Shown here piece by piece: positions 9,794-18,446 of a stretch of 64,000 nucleotides of DNA. Each line of letters starts with the position of its first letter. The first letter of the stretch is position 1. Source of the DNA: Candidatus Bathyarchaeia archaeon (GTDB taxonomy: Archaea; Thermoproteota; Bathyarchaeia; Bathyarchaeales; Bathycorpusculaceae). The notes beneath the pieces are model-generated. The model saw nothing but the letters and a program-made list of their open reading frames with translations. It had not been told where the DNA came from and searched no databases. The stretch lies in NCBI GenBank assembly GCA_050010755.1, contig JBEKKK010000001.1, positions 640,001-704,000 of the forward strand, read 5' to 3'. The translations under genes and the position numbers were made by a program.

Positions 9794-10045
9794 ATGAAGT
9801 ACCGTCTCAAAATCGAAGTCAGCTTGAAGCCGGGCCAAAGTGACCCTGAGGGCGAGACCACTGCCGGTCTGTTAAAAGAGTTGGGCTACAGGGTTGAAGC
9901 TGTCAATGTGGGAAAAGTCTACACGTTTGTTCTTGATGCCTCCAGCAAGAGGGAGGCTCAGGGTGAGGCTGTGGAGATGTGTAAGAGGCTTTTGGCGAAC
10001 CCGACTAAGGATGATTATGTGATTCGTGTTGAGGAGACGAGATGA
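9794..10045 (+). CDS. purS: FGAM synthase subunit PurS
   Basis: LKPGQSDPEG...LLANP motif, 83 aa, overlaps purL start. Confidence 0.95.
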   Translation: MKYRLKIEVSLKPGQSDPEGETTAGLLKELGYRVEAVNVGKVYTFVLDASSKREAQGEAVEMCKRLLANPTKDDYVIRVEETR

Positions 10046-12429
10046 CGGCGTCGGCGAGCCTGTTTGTGCGCAGGAAAGCCCGTTTTTCACTTGTTGACGT
10101 GAAGGTTCTTGGGGCGTCTGACGAGCAGCTTCTGGAAATCAGCCGAGAGCTTGGCTTGGCCCTGAGCCTGCACGAGATGAAGATGATCAAGGAGCATTTT
10201 AGCAGGCGGGGAAGAAACCCGACCGATGTGGAGCTGCAGACAATCGGTCAAACGTGGTCTGAGCACTGTTTTCACAAGACTTTCAAGGACAGGATCAGGT
10301 TTGACGGAAAAGTGGTTAACGGTCTTTTCAAAACGTACATTGCGGCTGCGACGAAGAAGATTAAGCCGGACTGGTGCTTCAGCGTTTTTGAGGATAACGC
10401 GGGCATCGTGAACTTTGAAAAGGGCTATGGCGTGGCGGTGAAGGTTGAGACGCATAATCATCCATCGGCTGTTGAGCCCTTCGGCGGTGCGGCAACGGGA
10501 ACTGGCGGCGTCATAAGGGACATCTTGGGCGTGTGGGCAGATCCGATAGCGTGCACTGATGTGCTGGGTTTTGGGCCCTTGGATTTTGAATATGAAAAGC
10601 TGCCGGCCGGTGTTAAGCACCCTCGATACGTGTACATGGGTGTCGTGGCAGGGATAGGAAGCTACGGCAACAACATGGGAATCCCAACCGTGAACGGCGC
10701 GATATACTTCGATGAGAGCTACACTGGCAACGTTGTCGTCTACTGCGGCTGCGTGGGCCTGCTTCCGTTTGACAAGTTCAGGAAGGATGCACAGGCCGGT
10801 GATGCACTTGTGCTCGCGGGTGGAAAGACGGGCAGGGACGGTGTTCACGGCGTGACTTTTGCGTCTGCGGAGCTGACTGAGAAGTCTGAGACGGTTTCTC
10901 GGCCCGCAGTGCAGATTGCGAACCCTGTTGAGGAGGAGAAGTTGAAGAGGGCGATTGTTCAGGTCCGAGACTTGAGGCTAGCCTCGGGCATAACGGATCT
11001 GGGCGGCGGAGGCTTGTCATCGGCCGTTGGCGAGACAGCCAACAAGTACGGTCGCGGAGCAGTAGTTGACCTTGACAAAGTGCCCCTGAAGTATGTGGGG
11101 CTGGCTCCGTGGGAAATTTACGTTTCAGAATCCCAGGAAAGAATGCTGCTAACGGTGCCGCCTGACAACGTTGAAAAGGTTCTCAAAATTTTTGGCGGAG
11201 AGGATGTTGAGGCGACGGTTATCGGGAGACTGATTTCCGGCGGGTTGTTGAGGCTTGATTATTTGGGTGAGAGGGTTGGGGAGGTGGGCATTGCTTTCCT
11301 TTTCAAGCCGCCCAGGATCACGAGGACGGCAGAGTACCGCCCTGCAGGCGATGCAGAGCCGACGTTTCCAGAGCCTAAAGACTTGAACGACGTGTTGATG
11401 CGGGTTTTGGCATCGCCCAATGTTGCGAGCAAGGAGAGTATTGTGAGGAGTTATGATCATGAGGTGAAGGGGCACACGGTGCTTAAGCCGTTGCAGGGCG
11501 AGTTCGGCGGGCCGAACGATGCGGCCGTGTTGAAGCCGCTGGATGATTCTTGGAAGGGCATAGCCATCTCGTGTGGGATGAACCCGAGTTACGGGAGGAT
11601 TGATGCTTACTGGATGGCGGCTTCGGCGATTGATGAGGCCGTGAGAAACAACGTTGCCGTCGGCGGGAGAAGAATTGCGTTGTTGGACAATTTCACGTGG
11701 GGCAATCCCGAGAGGCCTGAACGGTTGGGCAGCTTGGTGCGAGCTTGTAAGGCGTGTTACGACTTTGCCGTTGCGTTTGGGACGCCATTCATATCTGGAA
11801 AAGACAGCTTGTACAACGAGTCGCCACTGGGACCTGTGACGCCGACGCTTCTGATTACGGCTTTAGGATTTGTTCCCGACATTCGTTCAACGGTTTCGAT
11901 GGACGTTAAGGCTCCTGGCGATTCTGTCTACGTTGTGGGCGAAACTCTTCTGGAGTTGGGCGGCTCAGAATATTACAAGCTGAAGGGGTGCATGGGCAAG
12001 TCTGTTCCTAACGTGCGTGGTGCTCAGGCTAGGAAGGCGTTCAGGGCGGTTACTAAGGCTATTGACGGTGGTTTGGTTAAGGCGTGTCATGACTTGTCTG
12101 AGGGCGGTTTGGCCGTGGCTACTGCGGAAATGGCCTTTGCCGGAAGTTACGGTTTGGAGTTGAATTTGCGCAAGATTCCTAGGAAAGGTTTGGAGCGTGA
12201 CGATTTTGTCTTGTTTTCGGAGTCGAACAGCCGGTTTCTTGTGGAGGTTTCTGGGAAGGCTCGGGACGAGTTTGAGGCTTTGATGAAGGGCGTGGTTTGT
12301 GCTGAGGTTGGCAAGGTTACGAGGTCTCCTCGGCTGTGTGTTAAGGGACTAGGTGGCGGAGTGGTTGTTGACGTTTCGTTGGGTGATTTGTTGAAGAGTT
12401 GGAAACGTACGCTGAGTAGTGGGGTGTGA
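10042..12429 (+). CDS. purL: FGAM synthase subunit PurL
   Basis: QTWSEHCFHK, KVETHNHPS, SESQERM, SGKDSLYN, HDLSEGG motifs. Confidence 0.97.
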   Translation: MTASASLFVRRKARFSLVDVKVLGASDEQLLEISRELGLALSLHEMKMIKEHFSRRGRNPTDVELQTIGQTWSEHCFHKTFKDRIRFDGKVVNGLFKTYIAAATKKIKPDWCFSVFEDNAGIVNFEKGYGVAVKVETHNHPSAVEPFGGAATGTGGVIRDILGVWADPIACTDVLGFGPLDFEYEKLPAGVKHPRYVYMGVVAGIGSYGNNMGIPTVNGAIYFDESYTGNVVVYCGCVGLLPFDKFRKDAQAGDALVLAGGKTGRDGVHGVTFASAELTEKSETVSRPAVQIANPVEEEKLKRAIVQVRDLRLASGITDLGGGGLSSAVGETANKYGRGAVVDLDKVPLKYVGLAPWEIYVSESQERMLLTVPPDNVEKVLKIFGGEDVEATVIGRLISGGLLRLDYLGERVGEVGIAFLFKPPRITRTAEYRPAGDAEPTFPEPKDLNDVLMRVLASPNVASKESIVRSYDHEVKGHTVLKPLQGEFGGPNDAAVLKPLDDSWKGIAISCGMNPSYGRIDAYWMAASAIDEAVRNNVAVGGRRIALLDNFTWGNPERPERLGSLVRACKACYDFAVAFGTPFISGKDSLYNESPLGPVTPTLLITALGFVPDIRSTVSMDVKAPGDSVYVVGETLLELGGSEYYKLKGCMGKSVPNVRGAQARKAFRAVTKAIDGGLVKACHDLSEGGLAVATAEMAFAGSYGLELNLRKIPRKGLERDDFVLFSESNSRFLVEVSGKARDEFEALMKGVVCAEVGKVTRSPRLCVKGLGGGVVVDVSLGDLLKSWKRTLSSGV

Positions 12430-12432
12430 GTT

Positions 12433-13248
12433 GTGAAGCGTGGGGACATTAGGGTTTGTGTTTTGCGTGTGGGTGGGACTAATTGTGATGCGGAGACGAG
12501 GCTTTCGTTCGCGGCGTTGGGTGTGCAGGCTGAGGTTGTGCATGTGAATGAGGTTGTGAAGAGAAAGAGTCTAATGGAGTATGATGTGCTTGTTTTTCCA
12601 GGAGGTTTTTCTTATGGAGATTACGTTCGGGCTGGGGCTATATGGGCGAAGTGGATCCTGGCCAAGCTGGGCAAAGAGTTAAAGGCTTTCGTTGACGAGG
12701 GCCGTCTGATTCTGGGGATCTGTAACGGTTTCCAAGTGCTCGTCGAGACGGGTCTGCTGCCAGGCTTTGAAGGAATGAGCCCCTATCCCGAAGCGGGCTT
12801 GGCAACAAACTTTCCGCCAGGATACAACTGCCGCTGGATAAGCCTAAAACACGAAAACAACGGCAAATGCGCGTTCACCTCACAAATTCCAAAAGGAAAG
12901 GTCCTTCGCGTGCCGGTTGCACACAGCGAAGGCAGGTTCCTATTCCCGAAAGAGAAAGAGAAGCAGTATCTGGAGAAGCTTCGAGAAAATGATCAACTCG
13001 TCTTTCGGTACTGCAACAAAGACGGCGAGTACGCTGAAGACAGTTTCCCTACGAATCCGAACGGCTCTTTCCACGACATAGCAGGCATATGCAACCCCGA
13101 AGGAACAGTGTTCGGGCTGATGCCTCATCCTGAAAGAGCATTCCACTGGTGGCAACAAGCTGACTGGACAAGACACCAGAAGATGCCGGAACACGGCGAC
13201 GGGAAACTGATCTTTGAAAACTTAATTAACTACTTAGAAAAAGTCTAG
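12433..13248 (+). CDS. purQ: FGAM synthase glutaminase subunit PurQ
   Basis: GTNCD, PGGFSYGDY, GICNGFQ, NPNGS, MPHPER. Confidence 0.97.
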   Translation: MKRGDIRVCVLRVGGTNCDAETRLSFAALGVQAEVVHVNEVVKRKSLMEYDVLVFPGGFSYGDYVRAGAIWAKWILAKLGKELKAFVDEGRLILGICNGFQVLVETGLLPGFEGMSPYPEAGLATNFPPGYNCRWISLKHENNGKCAFTSQIPKGKVLRVPVAHSEGRFLFPKEKEKQYLEKLRENDQLVFRYCNKDGEYAEDSFPTNPNGSFHDIAGICNPEGTVFGLMPHPERAFHWWQQADWTRHQKMPEHGDGKLIFENLINYLEKV

Positions 13249-13267
13249 CTTGAAAATTCTTCCAACA

Positions 13268-13289
13268 GGGATAAAGTGTTATCCCAAAC
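13268..13289 (+). repeat. cassette-boundary site A (GGGATAAAGTGTTATCCCAAAC)
   Basis: Quasi-palindrome 20 bp after purQ stop; member of the dispersed motif family. Confidence 0.8.
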
Positions 13290-13609
13290 AAACTCGCGTT
13301 ATATTTCGATTGGTCGACTAACTTAGAAAGAGCTCACACCCAATTGCCGAAATACAGAAGCACGATTATGGAGCGCGCGCACTAAGGTTCCAGTCAAGCT
13401 GAAAAGCACGCGCTAAATACACCTACGGCCACAACGGACACAAGCGCGCGTTCTTTGTTTCAAGTTACTTGTCCATGTATGGCTGAAGTAGTTGTGCATG
13501 GACATGCTTGAACTTACACGTCCGTAACGTGTGCATTGAACTCTAATACGGATTTCAAATTCACAAACCAGTTATTCTGGAGATGTAATCATGTTCCTAG
13601 TGACCCGAA

Positions 13610-14029
13610 ATGAGTTTGCCCAAGGAAATTTCGGAACTAAGAGACAGGAGAGCAAATTTAGAGGCTGAAAGGCGCTCGTTAACAGACGAAAAGAAAAAGA
13701 AAAAGGAGAGATTGAAAGCGCTTGAACAAATGATGATAGTTGAACTCGCAAATTGCAACGAGAAAATGCGGCAGGACCTGTCTCAGCTTGACGCCAGTAT
13801 CAATAATCTGGAGAACAGATTAGAGCAGGCCAGACAAGAAGCAGAAAACCAGAATAATGAATTGAACCAGGCAAACGAGGTACACATGCAGACCTGGGCT
13901 GCAGCACTCGAAGAATCACCGATACAAGTGGAAGAGGCCTCAACAGAGACAACTTCCGAGAGTTCTGTTCCGTCATCGGAAAACAAGAATGAAATAACGA
14001 ATCAAGAAAGCCAAAAGAAGAAACGCTAA
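13610..14029 (+). CDS. coiled-coil hypothetical protein
   Basis: Heptad-rich E/K/Q/L sequence, acidic/Ser tail ending KKKR. Confidence 0.7.
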   Translation: MSLPKEISELRDRRANLEAERRSLTDEKKKKKERLKALEQMMIVELANCNEKMRQDLSQLDASINNLENRLEQARQEAENQNNELNQANEVHMQTWAAALEESPIQVEEASTETTSESSVPSSENKNEITNQESQKKKR

Positions 14030-14123
14030 TTCTCAGCGCGCACTATGAATGTACAAAACTAAATCTTCTTGCATCGTCGCAGCATCGTTCCGTCGTTTCC
14101 ACAGATTCATTTACTCTCTTGAG

Positions 14124-14166
14124 TTTGGGGGTAAAGTTTTATCCCAACCCAACCCAAAAAAAGAGA
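14124..14166 (+). repeat. cassette-boundary site B / left imperfect TIR
   Basis: TTTGGGGGTAAAGTTTTATCCCAACCCAACCCAAAAAAAGAGA; imperfect inverted match to 20184-20221. Confidence 0.85.
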
Positions 14167-14237
14167 AAAGAAGGAAGGTTGGGACCGCGCGCACTTGCCC
14201 ATTCGAGATTATAGTTCGAGTTTCGAGGACGTCAAAA

Positions 14238-15110
14238 TCAATCGGATACCGTCAGCGCGGTTAGTTGAATTGCCTGAAGTTGCTGTTCCATCCATACTAT
14301 CGTGCTCTGGTCATATGTGACTTGGACTACTGACAAGTTTCCTTCCCACGAGGCCGTATTCACACCCGTCGTGTTCACTCCGTTTATTGTTGTTTCATAG
14401 TCCACCTCTGCGTGAATTACTGCGTGAAAGGTGATTGAAGCGTTTCCTGAACCCTGAAGCATGCCAGACAAATCTTTAGTTTCCATTCCCCAGTTCGCGC
14501 CAGACAAATCCTGAATTTCCATTCCCCCGTTCACCGTAGGTTGCCAGTAACCTGAATTGTTCCACGTGGGCTGGCCTACACTCGAACTTTGGCTCTGGTT
14601 ACCGATTTGAGAGATAGTATACGATTCATTCGAGCAAACATATGTGCCTAAATCAACATTCTGTGTGGCTTCGAGAGTGGTATAAATCGTCGTGTCCAAA
14701 GTTACGGTCATGCTAAATGATCCGTTCAGGGCAAGATCCTCAGCTTTGCACACTATGGTCTGAGGTTGATAGCCAAAGGACGTCATCGACGTCGACGTTA
14801 TGTTAAAGTCTGCTTGACCTGACAATGGAAGACCCGTAGGTATCCCAAATGTTCTCAGAAATACCTGCTCATCAATCCTACCACTGGCGTTTATAAACGT
14901 GAATTCTGGAGACAGCGTAGAGATCACGAGGGCGACAGTGCTGTTTGCGGTGTCATTGTTTCCTTCCGACCATGCGAAAGCAAAGGGCGTTGGAGAAATG
15001 CTTGGCAGTTTCAGATATGGCGTAAACAGGTTGCTTGCCAAGAACAAGGCGAATACGACTAATGCGGCAAGTGAAATAGCGGTTAGAATTTCTTTTCCGT
15101 GTTCCTTCAT
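14238..15110 (-). CDS. N-terminally anchored extracellular protein, paralog of 4038-4856
   Basis: TM at N-terminus; NNSGYW...ANWGM...I.F...Y.T..G shared with the 4038 protein. Confidence 0.75.
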   Translation of the reverse strand: MKEHGKEILTAISLAALVVFALFLASNLFTPYLKLPSISPTPFAFAWSEGNNDTANSTVALVISTLSPEFTFINASGRIDEQVFLRTFGIPTGLPLSGQADFNITSTSMTSFGYQPQTIVCKAEDLALNGSFSMTVTLDTTIYTTLEATQNVDLGTYVCSNESYTISQIGNQSQSSSVGQPTWNNSGYWQPTVNGGMEIQDLSGANWGMETKDLSGMLQGSGNASITFHAVIHAEVDYETTINGVNTTGVNTASWEGNLSVVQVTYDQSTIVWMEQQLQAIQLTALTVSD

Positions 15111-15233
15111 ACAAACACCATCATGAATTGCTTCTGGCTATCACTTATTTCTACGCTTTTGAACAGGTGTACTAATTTTTTTGAACACGAATCGCTTAAG
15201 AATATAGAAAGATTCACAGCTTCCTTGATTGGC

Positions 15234-15671
15234 ATGTCGTCAGATGAACAGAGCGATGTTCTCAAAGATTTGACTCTCAAAGTTTATCATCTTCTTCTAA
15301 AAGAAGGCAAACCGTTGAGTATTAGAGCAGTTCAGAGAAAGTTGAACCTTAGCAGCCCCTCACTTGCTTCCTACCATCTGAACAAACTTGAAGATGTTGG
15401 CTTGGTAAGGCAGACACCTAACGGGTACGTGGTTGATAGTGTCTTGTTGGGTGATTTGATTAGGATAAAGAGTATGTTTATTCCCAGATTCGTTTTTTAC
15501 GCTTGCTTCTTCTTCTTTGTGTTAATGGTTGAGTTGACCATTTACAAACCACCGCAGCCGACGACAGAATATGTTTTTCATGTATTGGTCAGTTTGTTAG
15601 CGACCTTGCTCTTCATTCATGAAAGCATCAGAATATGGTCCAGAGAGAGAAAAAATCTCGGTAAAGGTTGA
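15234..15671 (+). CDS. membrane-anchored wHTH regulator, paralog of 3503-3919
   Basis: LSIRAVQRKLNLSSPSLASYHLNKLEDVGLVRQTPNGYVV + two TM helices; start at ATG 15234 by alignment with the paralog. Confidence 0.8.
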   Translation: MSSDEQSDVLKDLTLKVYHLLLKEGKPLSIRAVQRKLNLSSPSLASYHLNKLEDVGLVRQTPNGYVVDSVLLGDLIRIKSMFIPRFVFYACFFFFVLMVELTIYKPPQPTTEYVFHVLVSLLATLLFIHESIRIWSRERKNLGKG

Positions 15672-15753
15672 CATTCATATAGAGCGCGCGCAAGGATGAA
15701 AAGCGCGCGCTAGTATCCATAATAGATCACTAACAAACCGTTTCTCTTTTTTC

Positions 15754-15972
15754 CTAAGACAAGTTTCCAACAGAAATCAACGAATCAAGTTCTTTACTGG
15801 AAACGCCTCTCTTCTGATTCTGATTGTAACTCAAACCTAACTCAAGAAATATAAGGTGAACGAATTTCTCGTATGGAATAGGCCAGTGTTTTTTAGCAAG
15901 TTTGAGAATGTCCTGAATCTTTTTTCTCCGTTGCTCTTCAAATTTCTTGCTCCAATCTTCAAAATCACTCAT
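15754..15972 (-). CDS. small putative winged-helix protein
   Basis: MSDFEDW... 72 aa, start overlaps the upstream gene's stop; IPYEKFVHLIFLELGLS...KELDSLISVG wHTH-like. Confidence 0.5.
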   Translation of the reverse strand: MSDFEDWSKKFEEQRRKKIQDILKLAKKHWPIPYEKFVHLIFLELGLSYNQNQKRGVSSKELDSLISVGNLS

Positions 15973-16654
15973 TGTTTTTAACCTTCCTGAAATTTCTCGA
16001 TTCTTCTTCAAGAAAGTTAAAGACAAAATCCCGATTAGAAAGATACGCTGCAATTTGCTTATCCTGATTGCCGAAACGATAAACTATTTTCGGAGGCTCC
16101 TTCTTTCCCTTGAAGCCAACTCTAAGCGTATATGTGCCTTTAATATTCTGTAGAAGATACCAAGTAATCAGCTTATTGTCTTTCGTAAACAGACACAACC
16201 ATGCAAGAATACTGTTTAACTCTTCATGAGAAACTTGACGGTTGAATACGGTGTGAAAGCTTTTTGTTCTGTATTCATAAGCAATTCTGTCAAGACTTTC
16301 ATCTCTAACCTTGTGCAGTGTCGTGCTTGACTGCAAAATTATGAATCCATCAAGATTATACCTTTCATTCATCAATCTACTGAAAAGTTTAACTTCTGAA
16401 TACGGTCTCTCATCCCAATCAACCTTAACAATATCGTTATTCCAATCGCCTAATACCACGTTTGGAAAAGGATTATAACGCGGAAAACGACTTTCGGGAG
16501 GATGAAGAACTGCAAGTTTTAAGGCAGGTTTAAGCTGTTTTGCTGTTCCTGAAAGCTCCCACCTTTTGCCTTTTCCGTCATGCGAACCATAGACGGACAC
16601 ATGCAATTCTTTATTGTGAAATGACTTGTGGGCGAGAATCCCAATCCTCTCCAT
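15965..16654 (-). CDS. putative archaeo-eukaryotic primase (AEP/Prim-Pol)-like protein
   Basis: VKVDWDE (hhhDhD), IILQSS...KSFHTVF (SxH), later TLRVG; real start probably ~16606. Confidence 0.5.
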   Translation of the reverse strand: MERIGILAHKSFHNKELHVSVYGSHDGKGKRWELSGTAKQLKPALKLAVLHPPESRFPRYNPFPNVVLGDWNNDIVKVDWDERPYSEVKLFSRLMNERYNLDGFIILQSSTTLHKVRDESLDRIAYEYRTKSFHTVFNRQVSHEELNSILAWLCLFTKDNKLITWYLLQNIKGTYTLRVGFKGKKEPPKIVYRFGNQDKQIAAYLSNRDFVFNFLEEESRNFRKVKNNE

Positions 16655-17006
16655 GTCTTGCTTTGCTCATTTCACGTATTACCCAATCTTTCAGAACATT
16701 GCCTCTTTCCGTTTTCTCTATCTGTTTGTTTTTGCCTTTCCATCTTCCTCGAAGAATAACTCTTTTTGAAAATGTGAATTGTGCTGATGGAGGTCTAGGA
16801 CGGTATCTTATTCTTGTGTATCTTTCAACGTTTGGCCTTGCAGGTTGTCCTTTAAACTCTCGGACGTAACCTAGAAGCTTCTGTCTTCTCATACCGATGT
16901 GTCTAGCTCTTAGCTTTTGTTGAATCCGATTTGCAGACCATCCTTTGCGCGCACAGCTTCTGATAACACGGATTTGTCTTTGCGATACACCTTTAGTTTT
17001 TGTCAA
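16611..17006 (-). CDS. highly basic putative DNA-binding protein
   Basis: Very R/K-rich, HTH-like KGWSANRIQQKLRARHIG; preceded by GAGGTG RBS. Confidence 0.7.
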   Translation of the reverse strand: MTKTKGVSQRQIRVIRSCARKGWSANRIQQKLRARHIGMRRQKLLGYVREFKGQPARPNVERYTRIRYRPRPPSAQFTFSKRVILRGRWKGKNKQIEKTERGNVLKDWVIREMSKARHGEDWDSRPQVISQ

Positions 17007-17021
17007 TGTGCTTCACCCACC

Positions 17022-17945
17022 TCATATTGCGTTAAAATCGTAGTTGATGTAACTGAGAAGTTTTATCACCGTATCGACATGGTGTTGTTTTATCTGGGAA
17101 TCTCCCTTGATGATTGCTGTCATTTTGACAAGAGAGATTAACTGATTCATTGAACGGTAAGGTAACGCTTCTGTTCTTTCTCCTAATGGTTCTGCATATC
17201 CTCTAAGCTGTAACAAAAGCTGAGAATCACACTTGATAGGTTGAGGGTTTCGGTTAATGACATATCGAAAATCCTTCAGAGAATCAGGTTTTTGTAACGC
17301 GATATTCTTCAGAATTTGGTCGATTGTTTCTTTACTGTGAACAAAACTGTAAGGAATCAGTCTTGAGAGAAAACCATCTTTCTTCCATCTCTCCGCAAAT
17401 TGACTATAACTTGCAATTGTTGTTGCAGTTATGAGACCTGCTCTTACCAAAAATTTAGGGTGAAACTCTAAACCGTAATCGTCAAGGTTGCCCACTCCGT
17501 CACTTATCATCTGTCGGAATATTGAGATTGTTGTCCCGTATGTTTTTCTTCCATGACTGTGAGTTATCACTTGAAAATCAGGTATTGCAAGAAATCGCTT
17601 TTCTCCTTTCTCAACGCCTTTGAGAAATTCCACAAGAAACTTGGGCGTTATGTCGTCCGTGTATGTTACGAAGTCCAAGTATTTCTTTCTGAGGGTGTGC
17701 ATGGTCATTAAAAGCCGACTTTTACCTGTTCCAGCTTTGCCTAGAATCAAAAGGCTCAATGGATGATAATCTAAAGAGTTGATGGGTATATTTTGAAAGG
17801 CTGATTGAAGAATCAGGTTTATCGTGAACGTGCCCACATGGTCAACTATGTTAAGTGTATCACTCTCAACAGTGGGTAACCCTGATGTGAGGTGTAACCT
17901 CTTTTGAGGCTGATACACCTTTTCCTTTGATTGTATCGCTTTCAT
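17022..17945 (-). CDS. MCM-like AAA+ ATPase (putative helicase motor domain)
   Basis: LLILGKAGTGKS Walker A, FLAIPDF Walker B variant, GLITATT sensor-1, GFLSRL Arg finger, PYRSMNQLISLVK sensor-2 helix. Confidence 0.7.
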   Translation of the reverse strand: MKAIQSKEKVYQPQKRLHLTSGLPTVESDTLNIVDHVGTFTINLILQSAFQNIPINSLDYHPLSLLILGKAGTGKSRLLMTMHTLRKKYLDFVTYTDDITPKFLVEFLKGVEKGEKRFLAIPDFQVITHSHGRKTYGTTISIFRQMISDGVGNLDDYGLEFHPKFLVRAGLITATTIASYSQFAERWKKDGFLSRLIPYSFVHSKETIDQILKNIALQKPDSLKDFRYVINRNPQPIKCDSQLLLQLRGYAEPLGERTEALPYRSMNQLISLVKMTAIIKGDSQIKQHHVDTVIKLLSYINYDFNAI

Positions 17946-18092
17946 AGAGTTAATACACCTTTCTGTGAATATTGCAGTAGAGGCATAGCCTTTAAAGACT
18001 GTTTTAACACATTGTTAAGTTAGTGAGAAACCTTGAGAATGAACAGGGGACACGAAAAGAAGGTTCATGATGCTCAGGGCGAAAGGTCAAAA

Positions 18093-18446
18093 ATGAAAAA
18101 AATAGACAACCAACAGCGTGTATGGATGTTGATTGGTGAACGTGGAAACTTCACGTTTCCTCAATTGCAGAAGGCCACTGGTCTATGTAGACAGTCTCTT
18201 GCGAAAATTCTAAGAGAATTGGAAAAGAATGGCATGATTGTTAAGGATACGGTTAAGCCTTGGGAAAAATTTGAGCACTTAAAGATTTTTGATGGTTTTC
18301 TGGGCGCTTCGATGCAAGCTTTAATGCAGTCTTCAACGAATGAATTGACAGATACTAGAAGTGCAGTTGAGGCTTGGTTTTTGAGACTTGTTTCGGTCAA
18401 ACCTCAGCATGTTGGTGAAGTTGTTTACAGGATTGCTAAAACGTAA
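18093..18446 (+). CDS. HTH transcriptional regulator
   Basis: FTFPQLQKATGLCRQSLAKILRELEKNGMI; divergent from the ATPase operon; 3' end overlaps cas1 3' end. Confidence 0.7.
   Translation: MKKIDNQQRVWMLIGERGNFTFPQLQKATGLCRQSLAKILRELEKNGMIVKDTVKPWEKFEHLKIFDGFLGASMQALMQSSTNELTDTRSAVEAWFLRLVSVKPQHVGEVVYRIAKT

Noticed and set aside
14124-14150. Boundary motif as a canonical dif site
   Set aside because: Only 4 bp separate TAA and TTA, whereas dif sites have 6; kept only as an alternative hypothesis
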